A stretch of DNA of 64,000 nucleotides from an uncultured Methanomicrobiales archaeon (GCA_963697895.1 OY969100.1:224001-288000); one strand, 5' to 3'. Numbered from the stretch's first letter, positions 9,826 to 20,406 are shown. Numbers and translations are program-made. Notes: generated by a model not told the origin, from the sequence alone.

Positions 9826-10004
9826 GGGCATAACGACAATTCGTTCTCTCTTTTTATCCAAACAACAATTCATGACTAAACTGAAGAATAATTCCGGTCC
9901 GGACGGTGACAACATCTATAAAGCCGTGAATCGGGAGTAACTATCAGGGAGAAAAGGTTTATGGCACTCTTCAGAGGTAAAAAAATCCGAATTGAGGTTA
10001 AAAC

Positions 10005-13000
10005 ATGAAAATACAAGCAATAGTTTTACTGATTATCATATCCAGCCTTTTTTTCGCCGGGATAGTATCAGCCGGACAGGAAACGGGAACCCTCTTTGTC
10101 TGGGGGGATAACAGCTTCGGGCAGTGTACGAACGTCCCGGCGGGGAACGACTTCACTGCTGCCGCCGCAGGCAGGTACCATACCGTTGCCCTGCGGGAGA
10201 ACGGGAGCATCGTGGCATGGGGCGACAATATGTACGACCAGTGCAATGCCCCGGCGGGGAATGAATATACCGCCATCGCCGCAGGCGGTATGAACAGCAT
10301 GGCACTCCGGCAGAACGGGACCCTCGTGGTCTGGGGGGATAACTCGTCAGGTCAAAGCAAGATTCCGGCAGAGAACGATTTTAAAGCCATCGCCGTCGGA
10401 GGATCCGAGTTCTGTGTGGCATTGAGGAACAACGGGAGCATCGTGGCATGGGGCAACAACGGATATGGCCAGTGCAATGTCCCGGCAGGGAACAATTTTA
10501 CGGCCATCAGCGCCGGGACCGACTTCGCCATGGCCCTGCGGCAGGATGGCAGCATCGCTGCGTGGGGTCTCAACCAGTTCGGCCAGTGCAGCGTCCCATC
10601 GGAGAAAGATTTTTCAGCCGTCTCGGCAGGGTGGAGTTCCGCCCTTGCCTTACGAACCAATGGCACGGTCATCGGCTGGGGGATGAACAATGCAAACCAG
10701 GGTACTCCGCCTCCGGGGAACGGGTACCGCCAGATCGCCACCGGGGACCAGTTCTCCGGTGCCCTCTGGCAGAACAACAGCATCGTTACCTGGGGCGCGA
10801 ACTGGAATGGCCTGGACCAGCCCCCACTGGGAGATAACTATTCTTCGCTGAGTGCAGGCCAGGCCCACGCAGTGGCCCTGCATTCGCCACTCTGGGTAAA
10901 TGCTTCTGTTTCAGGAGGTCACGGTACCGCCGACCCCCCGAATCAAACCGCGATATTCCTTTCGGGAGTAAATGTGACGTTCACCCCCGATCCCGGGTAT
11001 TATATCTCATCGATCACCGACAACGGGGTGGACCAGGAGGTTGAAAACCCCTATTCCATCTCCGGCATCCGGGGCGACCATCAGGTCGTGGTCTTTTTCG
11101 CAGCGATCCCCTCTGAATATTCCGTGAATGCGGCGGCGATCGGTGGCCACGGTACTGTTGCTCCCTCCCAGCAGACGGTCGGCATCTACGAGAACGCGAC
11201 CATCAACCTCAATCCGGACCCGGGATATAGTATCGGGGCGATCTTCGATAACGGGATATCGCAGCAGGTCCAGGACCCGTACATCATCAACGATGTAGAA
11301 ACCACCCATGATGTCGTGGTGATCTTCATCACCCATCTGCCTGGCAGCCTCAGTGCCTGGGGATATAATGACCAGGGATCATGCGATGTCCCGGCAGGGG
11401 ATAACTACACTGCCATTGCCTCCGGCTGGGGGAGCAGCCTGGCCGAAAGAAACGGGACGCTTATCGACTGGGGCGATAACCAGGACGGCCAGCATGATGT
11501 CCCGGCGGGAGACGACTACCTGGCACTTTCCAGCGGTTATTTCCATAACCTGGCGTTGCAGCAGGACGGGAGCATCGCTGCCTGGGGAAACAACCAGTAC
11601 GGCCAGTGCAATGTCCCGGCCGGTATCACGTATGCCGCGGTCAGCGCCGGGGGGTGGCACAGCCTGGCGATCGCGACGAACGGCAGTATCGTGGCATGGG
11701 GAGAGTCAACGGGAGAGGCCCCGGCAGGGAATGACTATATGGCGATCGCTTCAGGGTGGTATCACAACCTGGCCCTGCGCCAGGATGGAAGCGTCGTGGC
11801 ATGGGGAAATAACGTTGCCGGCCAGTGTAATGTCCCGGCAGGGAACGACTATGTCGCGGTAAGCGGTGGGGGATATCACAGCCTGGCGCTGCGGCAGAAC
11901 GGGAGCATCGTGGCATGGGGGGACAACCAGTATGGCCAGTGCAACGTCCCGGCAGGGAACGATTATGTCGCGGTAAGCGGTGGGGGGTATTTCAGCCTGG
12001 CGTTGCGGCAGAACGGGAGCATCGTGGCATGGGGGGCGAACGATTCCGGCGAATGCGATGCCCCGGATGGGACCTTTTCCACTATCGCAGGCGGCTATGA
12101 GCACAGCCTGGCCATTGCAACGGGGTCCGGTGCTCCAGTCGCGGGCTTCTCTGCCACCCCAACGAGTGGAATATCCCCCCTCCAGGTGCAGTTCAATGAT
12201 ACCTCTACCGGTACGCCTCCCCTGTCGTATCGATGGAATTTTGGTGACGGGACCCCGAATGTCACCGTGCAGAATCCCGTGCATACGTACACGACAGGAT
12301 CCAATCAGACCTTCACCGCGGTGCTGACCGTTGAAAACAGTTTTGGGACTGATAGTAACGGGTATGAGATCCAGGTCAATAGTTCCGAAACATCTACCGA
12401 TTATTGGGCTCCGTGGGTAACAAAGACCAATACCACTTCCGCAACGATCAACTGGCTGGGTGGAAGCAATGAATCGGGCGTAATAGACTATGCGGCTTCG
12501 AGTTATTACAACCAGTATAAAAAATTTGATAAAACGGTAGCAGTCCAGGCCATGAACGCCTATCAGCAGGTTCTCCTGACCGACCTTGAACCAGATACAT
12601 CGTATACCTACCGGGTAAGGCCTTCAGGTAATGAGGACGTATTTGGCAACCGCAGGTTCCAGACCTTTCCGGTCAGCGGTCCGTTTACCTTCATTGTGAT
12701 CTCTGATTCACATGCCGATGATTATCGGTTCAAATACGTTGCAGATGCACTCAAAAACGAACAGGGGGCGCTTTTTATCCTTCATGGCGGGGACTTTGCC
12801 AATAATGACAACGCATCGGAATGGACAGACTTTTTTGACTATGGTGACGGGATGCTGGCGAATTATTCAATCTTTACCAGTATTGGAAACCATGAATATC
12901 ATAACATCAGTAATAATTCATCTACGGATGCATATGAGTACCGCAACGCGTTTGAGTACCCCCTGAACTATTCCTTTGACTGTGCCGGAATCCGGTTCGT

Positions 13001-15695
13001 TGTCCTTGATTCTCCGGACCCGGAGAACACCGATGACCAGAATCCGACCCTCGCCCATTCAGAGCGCCAGGTATCCTGGCTGAAAGACCAGCTGGATAAC
13101 AATATGTCCGGGACCTTTGTCCTGGATCATCATCCCGTCTGGACCTATGGCCGTGTCTCTTCGGAATCGGCCCTCCAGCCCTGGGAGACACTGTTTCATA
13201 AATACCCCATCAGTGCAGATTTCGCCGGCCATATCCACAGTTACCAGCGGTTCTCGGTGAATGGCATCCCCTATTTTATCGTTGCCAATGGCGGAGGTAA
13301 GTTTATCAACCTTTCTGACGGCAAACCGTTCCCGCCCTCGTACGTATACAACGCGACAAAGGAACTGGGATATCTCAAGGTCATGGTGGACCCGGCGAAT
13401 AATACGGCTACGGCGAACGAGTACTTTGTAGCCTCGGTCCCGGATTTTGATTCAAAAACGGGGACTGTTATCAGCCCGCCTCTTCTTGCCGACACCATTA
13501 CGTTTCCCCTGAGGACCAACACCCCGGACCCCGGGGGTATCCCGATCACGGCCCCCGCGGTGATCAGCAGCCCGGGACGATACCGGCTCATGAACGATCT
13601 CTCCAACTCCACCGCAGACACGGCCATCCGGATCACGGCATCGGACGTGTTCCTCAACGGGGACGGCCATACGCTCGATGGAGTATTGAAAATAAACGCT
13701 AACGGGGTCCTGGCAGGAGATGGGTCCGGGGGACGGGAAAATATCACCGTCACCAACCTTACCGTCACCGGGTGGGGGAACGGCATGCAGATACAGGGGG
13801 TGACCGAAGCCACGCTCCGGAACGACCGGATGACCGGCAACCAGGCAGGGATCACCCTTGACGGGTCCCCTCAGGGCACGGTTTCGAACTGCACCGTGAT
13901 CGACAACATCCCGCTGGAAGACCAGGGAGTATTCTTCGGCGGGAACGGGATCTATATCACGGATTCTCCCGGTACCTGCATCCTTGATTCGACCGTCAGC
14001 CACAACGGGTGGGGCGAGGCACTTCCCTCCGTCGGTGGCTTTGGAGTATTATCCCTGAACAACACCGGCCTTCTCATCTCCGGCTGCAGCATCGATGAAA
14101 ATGTCAACACCGGCATCTGGAGCCAGAACTCGAAGGATCCGATGGTGATGGGGAGCGAGTTCCTTCACAACGGGGGCAACGGCGGGATCTTCATGACGGC
14201 CCTGGCCACAGACCCGGTGATAAACTCCACCATCGCGGACAACTCCATTTCAGAGAGCGGGTATGGGATATGGCTTGTGGGGAACGACCACCGGGTCAGG
14301 AACAACACGGTGAGCAGTTGCGGATTTGGAATACTTATCGAAAACAGCCGGAATGCGACCCTGACCTGGAACGTGATGCTGAACAATACGATGAATTTCG
14401 GTGTGGATGGTCTTGTCACGGAACAGTTCTACCATCAGGTCGATACCACCAATACCGTCGACGGCCGCCCGATCTACTACCTCGTCAACCGGTCCGGTGT
14501 GGTTGTCGATAGTGCCACCCGGGCGGGAACGGTTTACGGGATCTCATGCCCCGATCTCACCATCAGGGACCTCGCCATCGGGAACAACGAGAACGGGATA
14601 TTCCTGCTCCAATCTGCCCGGGCGGTCATCACGAACGTGACCGCGACGGGGAACAGTAACGGGTTTGCAATCCAGGAGAGCGATGGCGCCCGGATCGAAA
14701 CGTGTACCGCCCGGGCGAATGCCGTCAACGGGTTCCTGGTACAGGATTCAGAAGGGGTGCGAATCACCGGCTCGGGCGCCGCCGAAACCCTGGGCGGATT
14801 AGATGTGGGGACAGGAATATCCGTCGAAAAATGCCAGGACATTCTCCTTTCCCAGGTGAACGCGAGCGAGAACAACTTTGCCGGGATAGAACTGAAAGAT
14901 ACCGACCGTGCATCGCTGGTGGACGTGACCGCCGATGCGAACGGGGCCGTCGGGATGATCCTCGGGGGAGATTCAGTCCAGGTCACCGGCTGCGACATTC
15001 GCGACAACCAGGGTCCCGGGATCGGCATGCTGGATTCCCGCAACTTCACTATCTGGAACAACTTCTTCTCGAATGAGGTGAATGTCGACCTCTCGCAGGG
15101 GTCTGTGACCGCTTCTTCCTGGAACACCACGAAGACCGCCGGCACCAACATCGTCGGCGGCCCGTACCTCGGAGGGAACTACTGGGCATCGCCGGACGGC
15201 ACCGGGTTCTCGCAGACCCATGCGGACCGCGGGGACGGGTTCTGCAATACATCATATCGTATTGACACAAAGAACACCGACTTCCTCCCGCTTCACCTGC
15301 ATGAGTCTCCGGTCGCCGGGATGAGCGGCTGGATCTCCTCCGGTTCGGACTATGGTCCCTCTTACGTGCCGGGCATCCGGGTCCGGGTTGCACGGAGCGC
15401 AGATGAACTCTCGATCCCTGGGAAGTACTGGGAGGCGGTGACGAATGACCAGGGGATCTATACCCTCACCGGCCTGCCTTCCGGGGTCCCCCTGTACGGA
15501 GCGGCCCTCTCCCCGGTGAACCGGCCGGATACGTACTATGAGCGGCCAGTCCAGTACCAGGTCAATGCCGGCCGCCTTATCACCTGTGTGAACCGGACCA
15601 GTACCCCCCTGATCCCGCCGCTTGTACCGGGCGCCCGGGCACCGGTGAACTGGGTCCTCACCCGGAACCCCGGTAACCAGGGATTCTTACTCTAA
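10005..15695 (+). CDS. Large secreted mosaic protein: RCC1-like repeats x2 blocks, InlB B-repeat-like x2, PKD, FN3-like plus metallophosphoesterase, NosD-like beta-helix
   Basis: Signal peptide; GSIVAWG.N.YGQC.VP repeats; PKD VQFNDTS...WNFGDG...QNPVHTY; SDSH/GGDF/GNHE/GHIHSY; NosD-like TNIVGGPYLGGNYW. Confidence 0.9.
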   Translation: MKIQAIVLLIIISSLFFAGIVSAGQETGTLFVWGDNSFGQCTNVPAGNDFTAAAAGRYHTVALRENGSIVAWGDNMYDQCNAPAGNEYTAIAAGGMNSMALRQNGTLVVWGDNSSGQSKIPAENDFKAIAVGGSEFCVALRNNGSIVAWGNNGYGQCNVPAGNNFTAISAGTDFAMALRQDGSIAAWGLNQFGQCSVPSEKDFSAVSAGWSSALALRTNGTVIGWGMNNANQGTPPPGNGYRQIATGDQFSGALWQNNSIVTWGANWNGLDQPPLGDNYSSLSAGQAHAVALHSPLWVNASVSGGHGTADPPNQTAIFLSGVNVTFTPDPGYYISSITDNGVDQEVENPYSISGIRGDHQVVVFFAAIPSEYSVNAAAIGGHGTVAPSQQTVGIYENATINLNPDPGYSIGAIFDNGISQQVQDPYIINDVETTHDVVVIFITHLPGSLSAWGYNDQGSCDVPAGDNYTAIASGWGSSLAERNGTLIDWGDNQDGQHDVPAGDDYLALSSGYFHNLALQQDGSIAAWGNNQYGQCNVPAGITYAAVSAGGWHSLAIATNGSIVAWGESTGEAPAGNDYMAIASGWYHNLALRQDGSVVAWGNNVAGQCNVPAGNDYVAVSGGGYHSLALRQNGSIVAWGDNQYGQCNVPAGNDYVAVSGGGYFSLALRQNGSIVAWGANDSGECDAPDGTFSTIAGGYEHSLAIATGSGAPVAGFSATPTSGISPLQVQFNDTSTGTPPLSYRWNFGDGTPNVTVQNPVHTYTTGSNQTFTAVLTVENSFGTDSNGYEIQVNSSETSTDYWAPWVTKTNTTSATINWLGGSNESGVIDYAASSYYNQYKKFDKTVAVQAMNAYQQVLLTDLEPDTSYTYRVRPSGNEDVFGNRRFQTFPVSGPFTFIVISDSHADDYRFKYVADALKNEQGALFILHGGDFANNDNASEWTDFFDYGDGMLANYSIFTSIGNHEYHNISNNSSTDAYEYRNAFEYPLNYSFDCAGIRFVVLDSPDPENTDDQNPTLAHSERQVSWLKDQLDNNMSGTFVLDHHPVWTYGRVSSESALQPWETLFHKYPISADFAGHIHSYQRFSVNGIPYFIVANGGGKFINLSDGKPFPPSYVYNATKELGYLKVMVDPANNTATANEYFVASVPDFDSKTGTVISPPLLADTITFPLRTNTPDPGGIPITAPAVISSPGRYRLMNDLSNSTADTAIRITASDVFLNGDGHTLDGVLKINANGVLAGDGSGGRENITVTNLTVTGWGNGMQIQGVTEATLRNDRMTGNQAGITLDGSPQGTVSNCTVIDNIPLEDQGVFFGGNGIYITDSPGTCILDSTVSHNGWGEALPSVGGFGVLSLNNTGLLISGCSIDENVNTGIWSQNSKDPMVMGSEFLHNGGNGGIFMTALATDPVINSTIADNSISESGYGIWLVGNDHRVRNNTVSSCGFGILIENSRNATLTWNVMLNNTMNFGVDGLVTEQFYHQVDTTNTVDGRPIYYLVNRSGVVVDSATRAGTVYGISCPDLTIRDLAIGNNENGIFLLQSARAVITNVTATGNSNGFAIQESDGARIETCTARANAVNGFLVQDSEGVRITGSGAAETLGGLDVGTGISVEKCQDILLSQVNASENNFAGIELKDTDRASLVDVTADANGAVGMILGGDSVQVTGCDIRDNQGPGIGMLDSRNFTIWNNFFSNEVNVDLSQGSVTASSWNTTKTAGTNIVGGPYLGGNYWASPDGTGFSQTHADRGDGFCNTSYRIDTKNTDFLPLHLHESPVAGMSGWISSGSDYGPSYVPGIRVRVARSADELSIPGKYWEAVTNDQGIYTLTGLPSGVPLYGAALSPVNRPDTYYERPVQYQVNAGRLITCVNRTSTPLIPPLVPGARAPVNWVLTRNPGNQGFLL

Positions 15696-16002
15696 TCCTT
15701 TTTCGGAGAATTTTTCGTCAATTCCTGTCCTATCTCCGCCTCCGGAAGACGTGTGCCGGGATCAAGGAAAAGATCACATGCTGGTGGACCTCACCCGGAA
15801 CTCCATCTCCGGGATTTCTCAGGGAAAATTATGACAGAGGAAGTCATCCGATGAGTCCGTTCTGGGTTTTTTTGATCCCGATCACCGAAATCATCTCCCG
15901 TGTATGTCTGCGACCGCATTCTTTTGTGAAATGGGAAACCATGTCAGACGTAAGGACGACAAACCCCAACCTGTTAATAGAAAAAAGGATTACCAGAACC
16001 CC

Positions 16003-17433
16003 ATGGGTTTTCCCCCCACCGCGGACCAGGTCCGTTCGTTGTTCCGGAAGAAATCGATCGCCGAGCTCGAACAGAATATCTCGACGACCCATGCCCTGAA
16101 ACGGGTCCTCGGGACGTGGGAGCTGATCTTCCTCGGCATCGGTGCGGTGGTCGGCACCGGCATCTTCGTCATCACCGGGATCGCAGCGGCGGATTACGCC
16201 GGACCCGGGGTGGTCCTTTCTTTCGTGATCGCGGGGACCGCCGCGATCTTTGCCGCACTCTGCTACGCGGAGTTCGCGGCGATGGTCCCGATCGCGGGGA
16301 GTGCCTATACCTACAGTTATGCCTCGCTCGGGGAGATATGGGCATGGATCATCGGCTGGGACCTGATCCTCGAGTACACGGTCGCGGTTGCCGCGGTCGC
16401 GATCGGGTGGTCGGGGTATATCGCCGTTTTCTTCGCCGAGGCAGGGTTTCCCCTGCCTCCCGCGCTCATAAACCCATACGGCACCGCGGGAGGGATCGTC
16501 AACCTCCCCGCGATCCTGATCATCGCCCTGATCACCGGGCTCCTCATCCTCGGGGTGCAGGAGAGCACCCGGGTGAACAACGTGATCGTCCTGATCAAGC
16601 TCTCCGTGCTCGCCGTCTTCCTGTTCATCGGCTTCGGGCATATCAATCCGGCGAACTGGAACCCGTTCCTCCCGTTCGGCCTGAGCGGGGTGGTCGCCGG
16701 GGCAGCGATCGTCTTCTTCGCGTACATCGGGTTCGACGCGGTCTCGACGGCGGCCGAGGAGGTCCGCGACCCGCAGAAGCGGCTTCCGGTCGGGATCATC
16801 TTCTCGCTCCTCATCTCCACCGCCCTGTACATCGCGGTGGCCGCCGTCCTCACCCTCATCGTCCCGTACACGAGCCTCGGGGAGACGGCGGCACCGGTCG
16901 CGTACGCCCTCACCCAGATCGGGGTGACCTGGGGGGCGGCCCTGGTCTCGGTCGGGGCGATCGCCGGGATCACCTCGGTCATCCTCGTGCTCCTGTACGG
17001 GCAGTCACGGATCTTCTTTGCGATGGCGAGGGACGGGCTCCTGCCTGCGGTCTTCGCCCGGGTGCACCCGGTCCTCCGGACACCGGTCCTCGTCAGCCTC
17101 CTCCTCGGCGTGGTCACCGCGGTACTCGCGAGTCTCCTTTCCCTCGAGTCGATCGCCGAGCTCGTGAACATCGGCACCCTCGCCGCCTTCATCATCGTCT
17201 CCGCCGGGGTGATCGCCCTCCGGAGGTCGCACCCGGAGATCCCGCGGCCCTTCCGGTGCCCGCTGGTCCCGCTCGTGCCGCTGCTCGCCATCGGGTTCTG
17301 CGGGTACCTTGCCTGGGTTCTCCCCGCGATCACCCACCTGCGGTTCGTGGTCTGGCTCCTGATCGGGCTCGTGATCTACTTCCTCTACGGCCGGTACCGC
17401 AGTACCGAAGGAAAAATGCGAACGCAACCGTGA
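16003..17433 (+). CDS. APC-family amino acid permease (YfnA/CAT-like)
   Basis: GIGAVVGTGIF, ALCYAEFA, AGSAYTYSY, FFAYIGFDAVSTAAEE, PRPFRCP. Confidence 0.93.
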   Translation: MGFPPTADQVRSLFRKKSIAELEQNISTTHALKRVLGTWELIFLGIGAVVGTGIFVITGIAAADYAGPGVVLSFVIAGTAAIFAALCYAEFAAMVPIAGSAYTYSYASLGEIWAWIIGWDLILEYTVAVAAVAIGWSGYIAVFFAEAGFPLPPALINPYGTAGGIVNLPAILIIALITGLLILGVQESTRVNNVIVLIKLSVLAVFLFIGFGHINPANWNPFLPFGLSGVVAGAAIVFFAYIGFDAVSTAAEEVRDPQKRLPVGIIFSLLISTALYIAVAAVLTLIVPYTSLGETAAPVAYALTQIGVTWGAALVSVGAIAGITSVILVLLYGQSRIFFAMARDGLLPAVFARVHPVLRTPVLVSLLLGVVTAVLASLLSLESIAELVNIGTLAAFIIVSAGVIALRRSHPEIPRPFRCPLVPLVPLLAIGFCGYLAWVLPAITHLRFVVWLLIGLVIYFLYGRYRSTEGKMRTQP

Positions 17434-17652
17434 GGAGACGCTGACCGGGTATCCCGATGAGGAAGCTCACGGGGAAGAACAGACCGGCAGAGACGATGAA
17501 CGAGGATGAACGGGCCCGTAGAGAACGATGTAAGGGATGAATGGACCGGAAAATAGCCGATGCAGGGCATGAATAAGAAAATTCCATGGAAGAATAACAG
17601 ACCGGTAAGAAGACGATGCAGGGTATGAACGGACCCGGTAAGGGAATGAACG
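17425..17652 (+). repeat. Degenerate purine-rich tandem repeat (~30 bp unit) starting at permease stop
   Basis: ACCG(G)....GA.GACG(A/C)TG....GG.ATGAA recurs; the first copy overlaps ACCG-TGA. Confidence 0.6.
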
Positions 17653-17676
17653 TTTGATAAAAACAGAGGAGAGTGT

Positions 17677-17901
17677 TCAGGCGGGAAGCTCCGCCCCGCT
17701 CTCGAAGAACTTCATCGCCCCCGGCGCATGCTTCTTCAGTTCGGCGAAGAAGTACCGGGTAAATTTCGGATCGGAATCGGCAATCGAGCCGCTCACCGTC
17801 CGGATGAGCCAGTTCGGCAACTCGGGGTCTTCATCGAGGCTGTTCTTGATCACCACGATCGTCTCGTCGACATCGACATTCTTCTTCCATCGGTATGGCA
17901 T
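17677..17901 (-). CDS. Small conserved hypothetical protein
   Basis: 74 aa ORF with AAGGTG RBS and upstream TTATAT box. Confidence 0.7.
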   Translation of the reverse strand: MPYRWKKNVDVDETIVVIKNSLDEDPELPNWLIRTVSGSIADSDPKFTRYFFAELKKHAPGAMKFFESGAELPA

Positions 17902-18379
17902 TTTTCACACCTTCCGTCGACGACTCTGGTCCCCGGGATATAAGAAGGTATCGGAACCCGGATCAACCGGGAACTGTTCTTTCGAAAAACTCCGGCGGGA
18001 TATTGGTGATGAAATACCTGTTTCCCGCGGATCTTCGGTCTCCGTACAACCCGGCCTCGTGACGGGAGGCCGAACAGCGGGGGGACCTGGTTTTCCACAA
18101 ATATGTTCCTATATAACTTTTCCTCAGGAATGCCGGTAAAAGGGTCCGGCCTCTGTCGTCAATGATTGACCCGCGGGGTACGATCGTCCCACCCGGGAGA
18201 GGGACAAACTTAAGGATCCTCGGACCGACCCGTCCTTCACTCATAGTTCACTATGAGGAATAACCCAAGAGGTGATGCCACGCAACAAAAAAACAGAAGG
18301 CCCCTATGGGGAGCCGTGGTGAAAAACCGCTCGGTCGGCATCTGCCGTCCCGGCAACACCCGTCCCCTCCCGTACTCTG

Positions 18380-18505
18380 TCACCGATACCGCACATGGAC
18401 ATAGAATATATCGGCAACCTCTCCGTGTTCGCGTGGTCTTTCGACAACCACGGACAGATCCCGGAAGACATACGGTTTCATCCCGTGAATGCCAGCCAAT
18501 GCCAT
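18380..18505 (-). CDS. Putative 41-aa small protein (MALAGIHGMKPYVFRDLSVVVERPREHGEVADIFYVHVRYR)
   Basis: AGGAGG immediately upstream of the ATG; below the ORF-track cutoff. Confidence 0.35.
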   Translation of the reverse strand: MALAGIHGMKPYVFRDLSVVVERPREHGEVADIFYVHVRYR

Positions 18506-18740
18506 AGTCCTCCTACATACCATGCTGCAATAAAAATAAAACAATTATTTTCGGCAATCACGGGGCTCCGATCGGATTTTTTTCCCGGGAAGATACTTTT
18601 TTTACAAGGGATCGCCGACCCCGGAAGCTGATCAGATTTTTCCCTGAAGGAATGAGTGAATGGGATCGTCGACGGATTCAATTTTCCTATAAAAACCGAG
18701 ATGTATTTGAATAATCAAAAAGAGATCTATTCAAATATCC

Positions 18741-19523
18741 ATGAAAAAAATCCTCCTCGTTCTCTCCATAATCGGCCTGGTCCTTCTCTGCGGGTGCCTG
18801 AGTACATCGCAGCAGCCCCCGGCGACAAATACTACCCCGCAGGCAACCGCATCCCCGGCGGAGACCGTCGCGGCCACGAATACCACCCCGTCCGCCACTC
18901 CCAGCCCACCGGCACAATTCACCGACGAGATGGTCAAGCGGCACTTCCTGAATATCGCGTTCGGCAGGGACAACGCGTACATCGAGAAGCTCACCGTCGA
19001 CCCGGACAACCCGGTGGACTTTTCCTTAAACGGGCAGGCGAGTGCGGACGACGTGGCGACGATCAAGGCCTTTGCAGCCGATTACAATAAAACGACGAAC
19101 ACGCGGACATTCTCGCGCGAACCCATCCGGACCGACCAGAAGGGGATCTATCTCGGGTACTTCCCGGACGTGTACCTGAAATCCTTAAGCGAGGCGAATA
19201 TCATCCACAAGGAGGTGGATCCCGAGACCGACCGGATCCTCTTCATGGTTACCTACTCCCCGGAGAGCGGGGACCACCTGTACGTGAACTCGGACCTGAC
19301 GGGGGATATCCGGACCCACATGACCATGCGAGCCCTCTTCTATTACCTCGGGTTCCCCGGGCAGACCTACGACTACCCGGACAGCTTCTTTTACGCGAAC
19401 AGTTTCAGCAACGATATCCTGACGCCACTCGACAAGGCCGCGATCAACGTGATGTACGACGCCCGGATATACCGGGGAATGACGTTCCAGAGCGCGAAGA
19501 ACGTGCTCCTCATGAACCCCTGA
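18741..19523 (+). CDS. Lipoprotein with DUF2927-like C-terminal domain
   Basis: LLCGC lipobox, T/P linker, LTPLDKAAINVMYDARIYRGMT resembling the DUF2927 C-terminus. Confidence 0.7.
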   Translation: MKKILLVLSIIGLVLLCGCLSTSQQPPATNTTPQATASPAETVAATNTTPSATPSPPAQFTDEMVKRHFLNIAFGRDNAYIEKLTVDPDNPVDFSLNGQASADDVATIKAFAADYNKTTNTRTFSREPIRTDQKGIYLGYFPDVYLKSLSEANIIHKEVDPETDRILFMVTYSPESGDHLYVNSDLTGDIRTHMTMRALFYYLGFPGQTYDYPDSFFYANSFSNDILTPLDKAAINVMYDARIYRGMTFQSAKNVLLMNP

Positions 19524-19554
19524 TTTTTCACTGGACAGGGAGACATCCCGGATA

Positions 19555-19579
19555 ACCCCGGAACCGGGGTATTTTTTTC
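19555..19579 (+). terminator. Hairpin plus T-tract
   Basis: ACCCCGG-AA-CCGGGGT then ATTTTTTT. Confidence 0.55.
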
Positions 19580-20145
19580 CTCAATCCCTATCCGGAACGG
19601 TTCGCCTCCACGCGGGGAGATACCATCCAGATACCCCTGAATTGGGCGTATTTTCCCCAAAAACCCGATCTGAAACGGAGTCAGGGGGATACGTCTGAAC
19701 ACACCCGGGACAACAGTTGTTTTAAAGGGGTATATTATGAAAAGAGCCGATTTAATCCCGGTAAAGAGGTGCTTAATAGCCCGGAATCCTTCAGGGATGT
19801 GGGAGGGAGGTGTTACCGGTTGACCTATGAGCAGATCGGGCAGGGATACCGCGGGGGAACGGGCGATTTATCGGCTGATTCAGGGGAAAATTGAAGATTA
19901 ATCAACAGTTCCTTCGATTCCGATCAGGCCCGGGCGGGTTCCTTGATCTCGACCGGATACGGGCATAGTGGTCTTCTCCGGCTCGGGTCCGGCCGATGGA
20001 TATTCGTTTCCTTCCCGGTAGAGGATCACATCCGGCTCCGAAGGTGTGAAAGCAGACACAATTTTCGAAAAGATCTCCGGTAACAGGGGAAGAATTATCA
20101 TAAGAATCAAAGCAATGAATGATTAATCAATCGGAGGATAGTACC

Positions 20146-20406
20146 ATGATTGTGGAATATATTCAGGCCGCTCTCGCCCGGGCCAGATACGAGATCATCG
20201 ATGACGATGAACCCTATTACGGTGAGGTGCCTGAACTTCCGGGTGTCTTTGCCACCGGTAAGACACTCGAAGAATGCCGGAAAAATCTGGCAGAAGTTAT
20301 CGACGGCTGGATTATCATTCACCTGAAGCGGGGGATACCCATCCCGAAACTGGGTGAATATGGTATTGAAGAAGTAACCGGGCTTGATACGGGTGCCAGG
20401 GCATAA
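20146..20406 (+). CDS. hicB: HicB-family antitoxin
   Basis: YYGEVPELPGVFATGKTLEECRKNLAEV...GIPIP; GGAGGA RBS. Confidence 0.9.
   Translation: MIVEYIQAALARARYEIIDDDEPYYGEVPELPGVFATGKTLEECRKNLAEVIDGWIIIHLKRGIPIPKLGEYGIEEVTGLDTGARA

Noticed and set aside
9516-16257. Diversity-generating retroelement TR/VR pair
   Set aside because: Differences are not adenine-specific, the repeat is at a 5' end, and no reverse transcriptase is present
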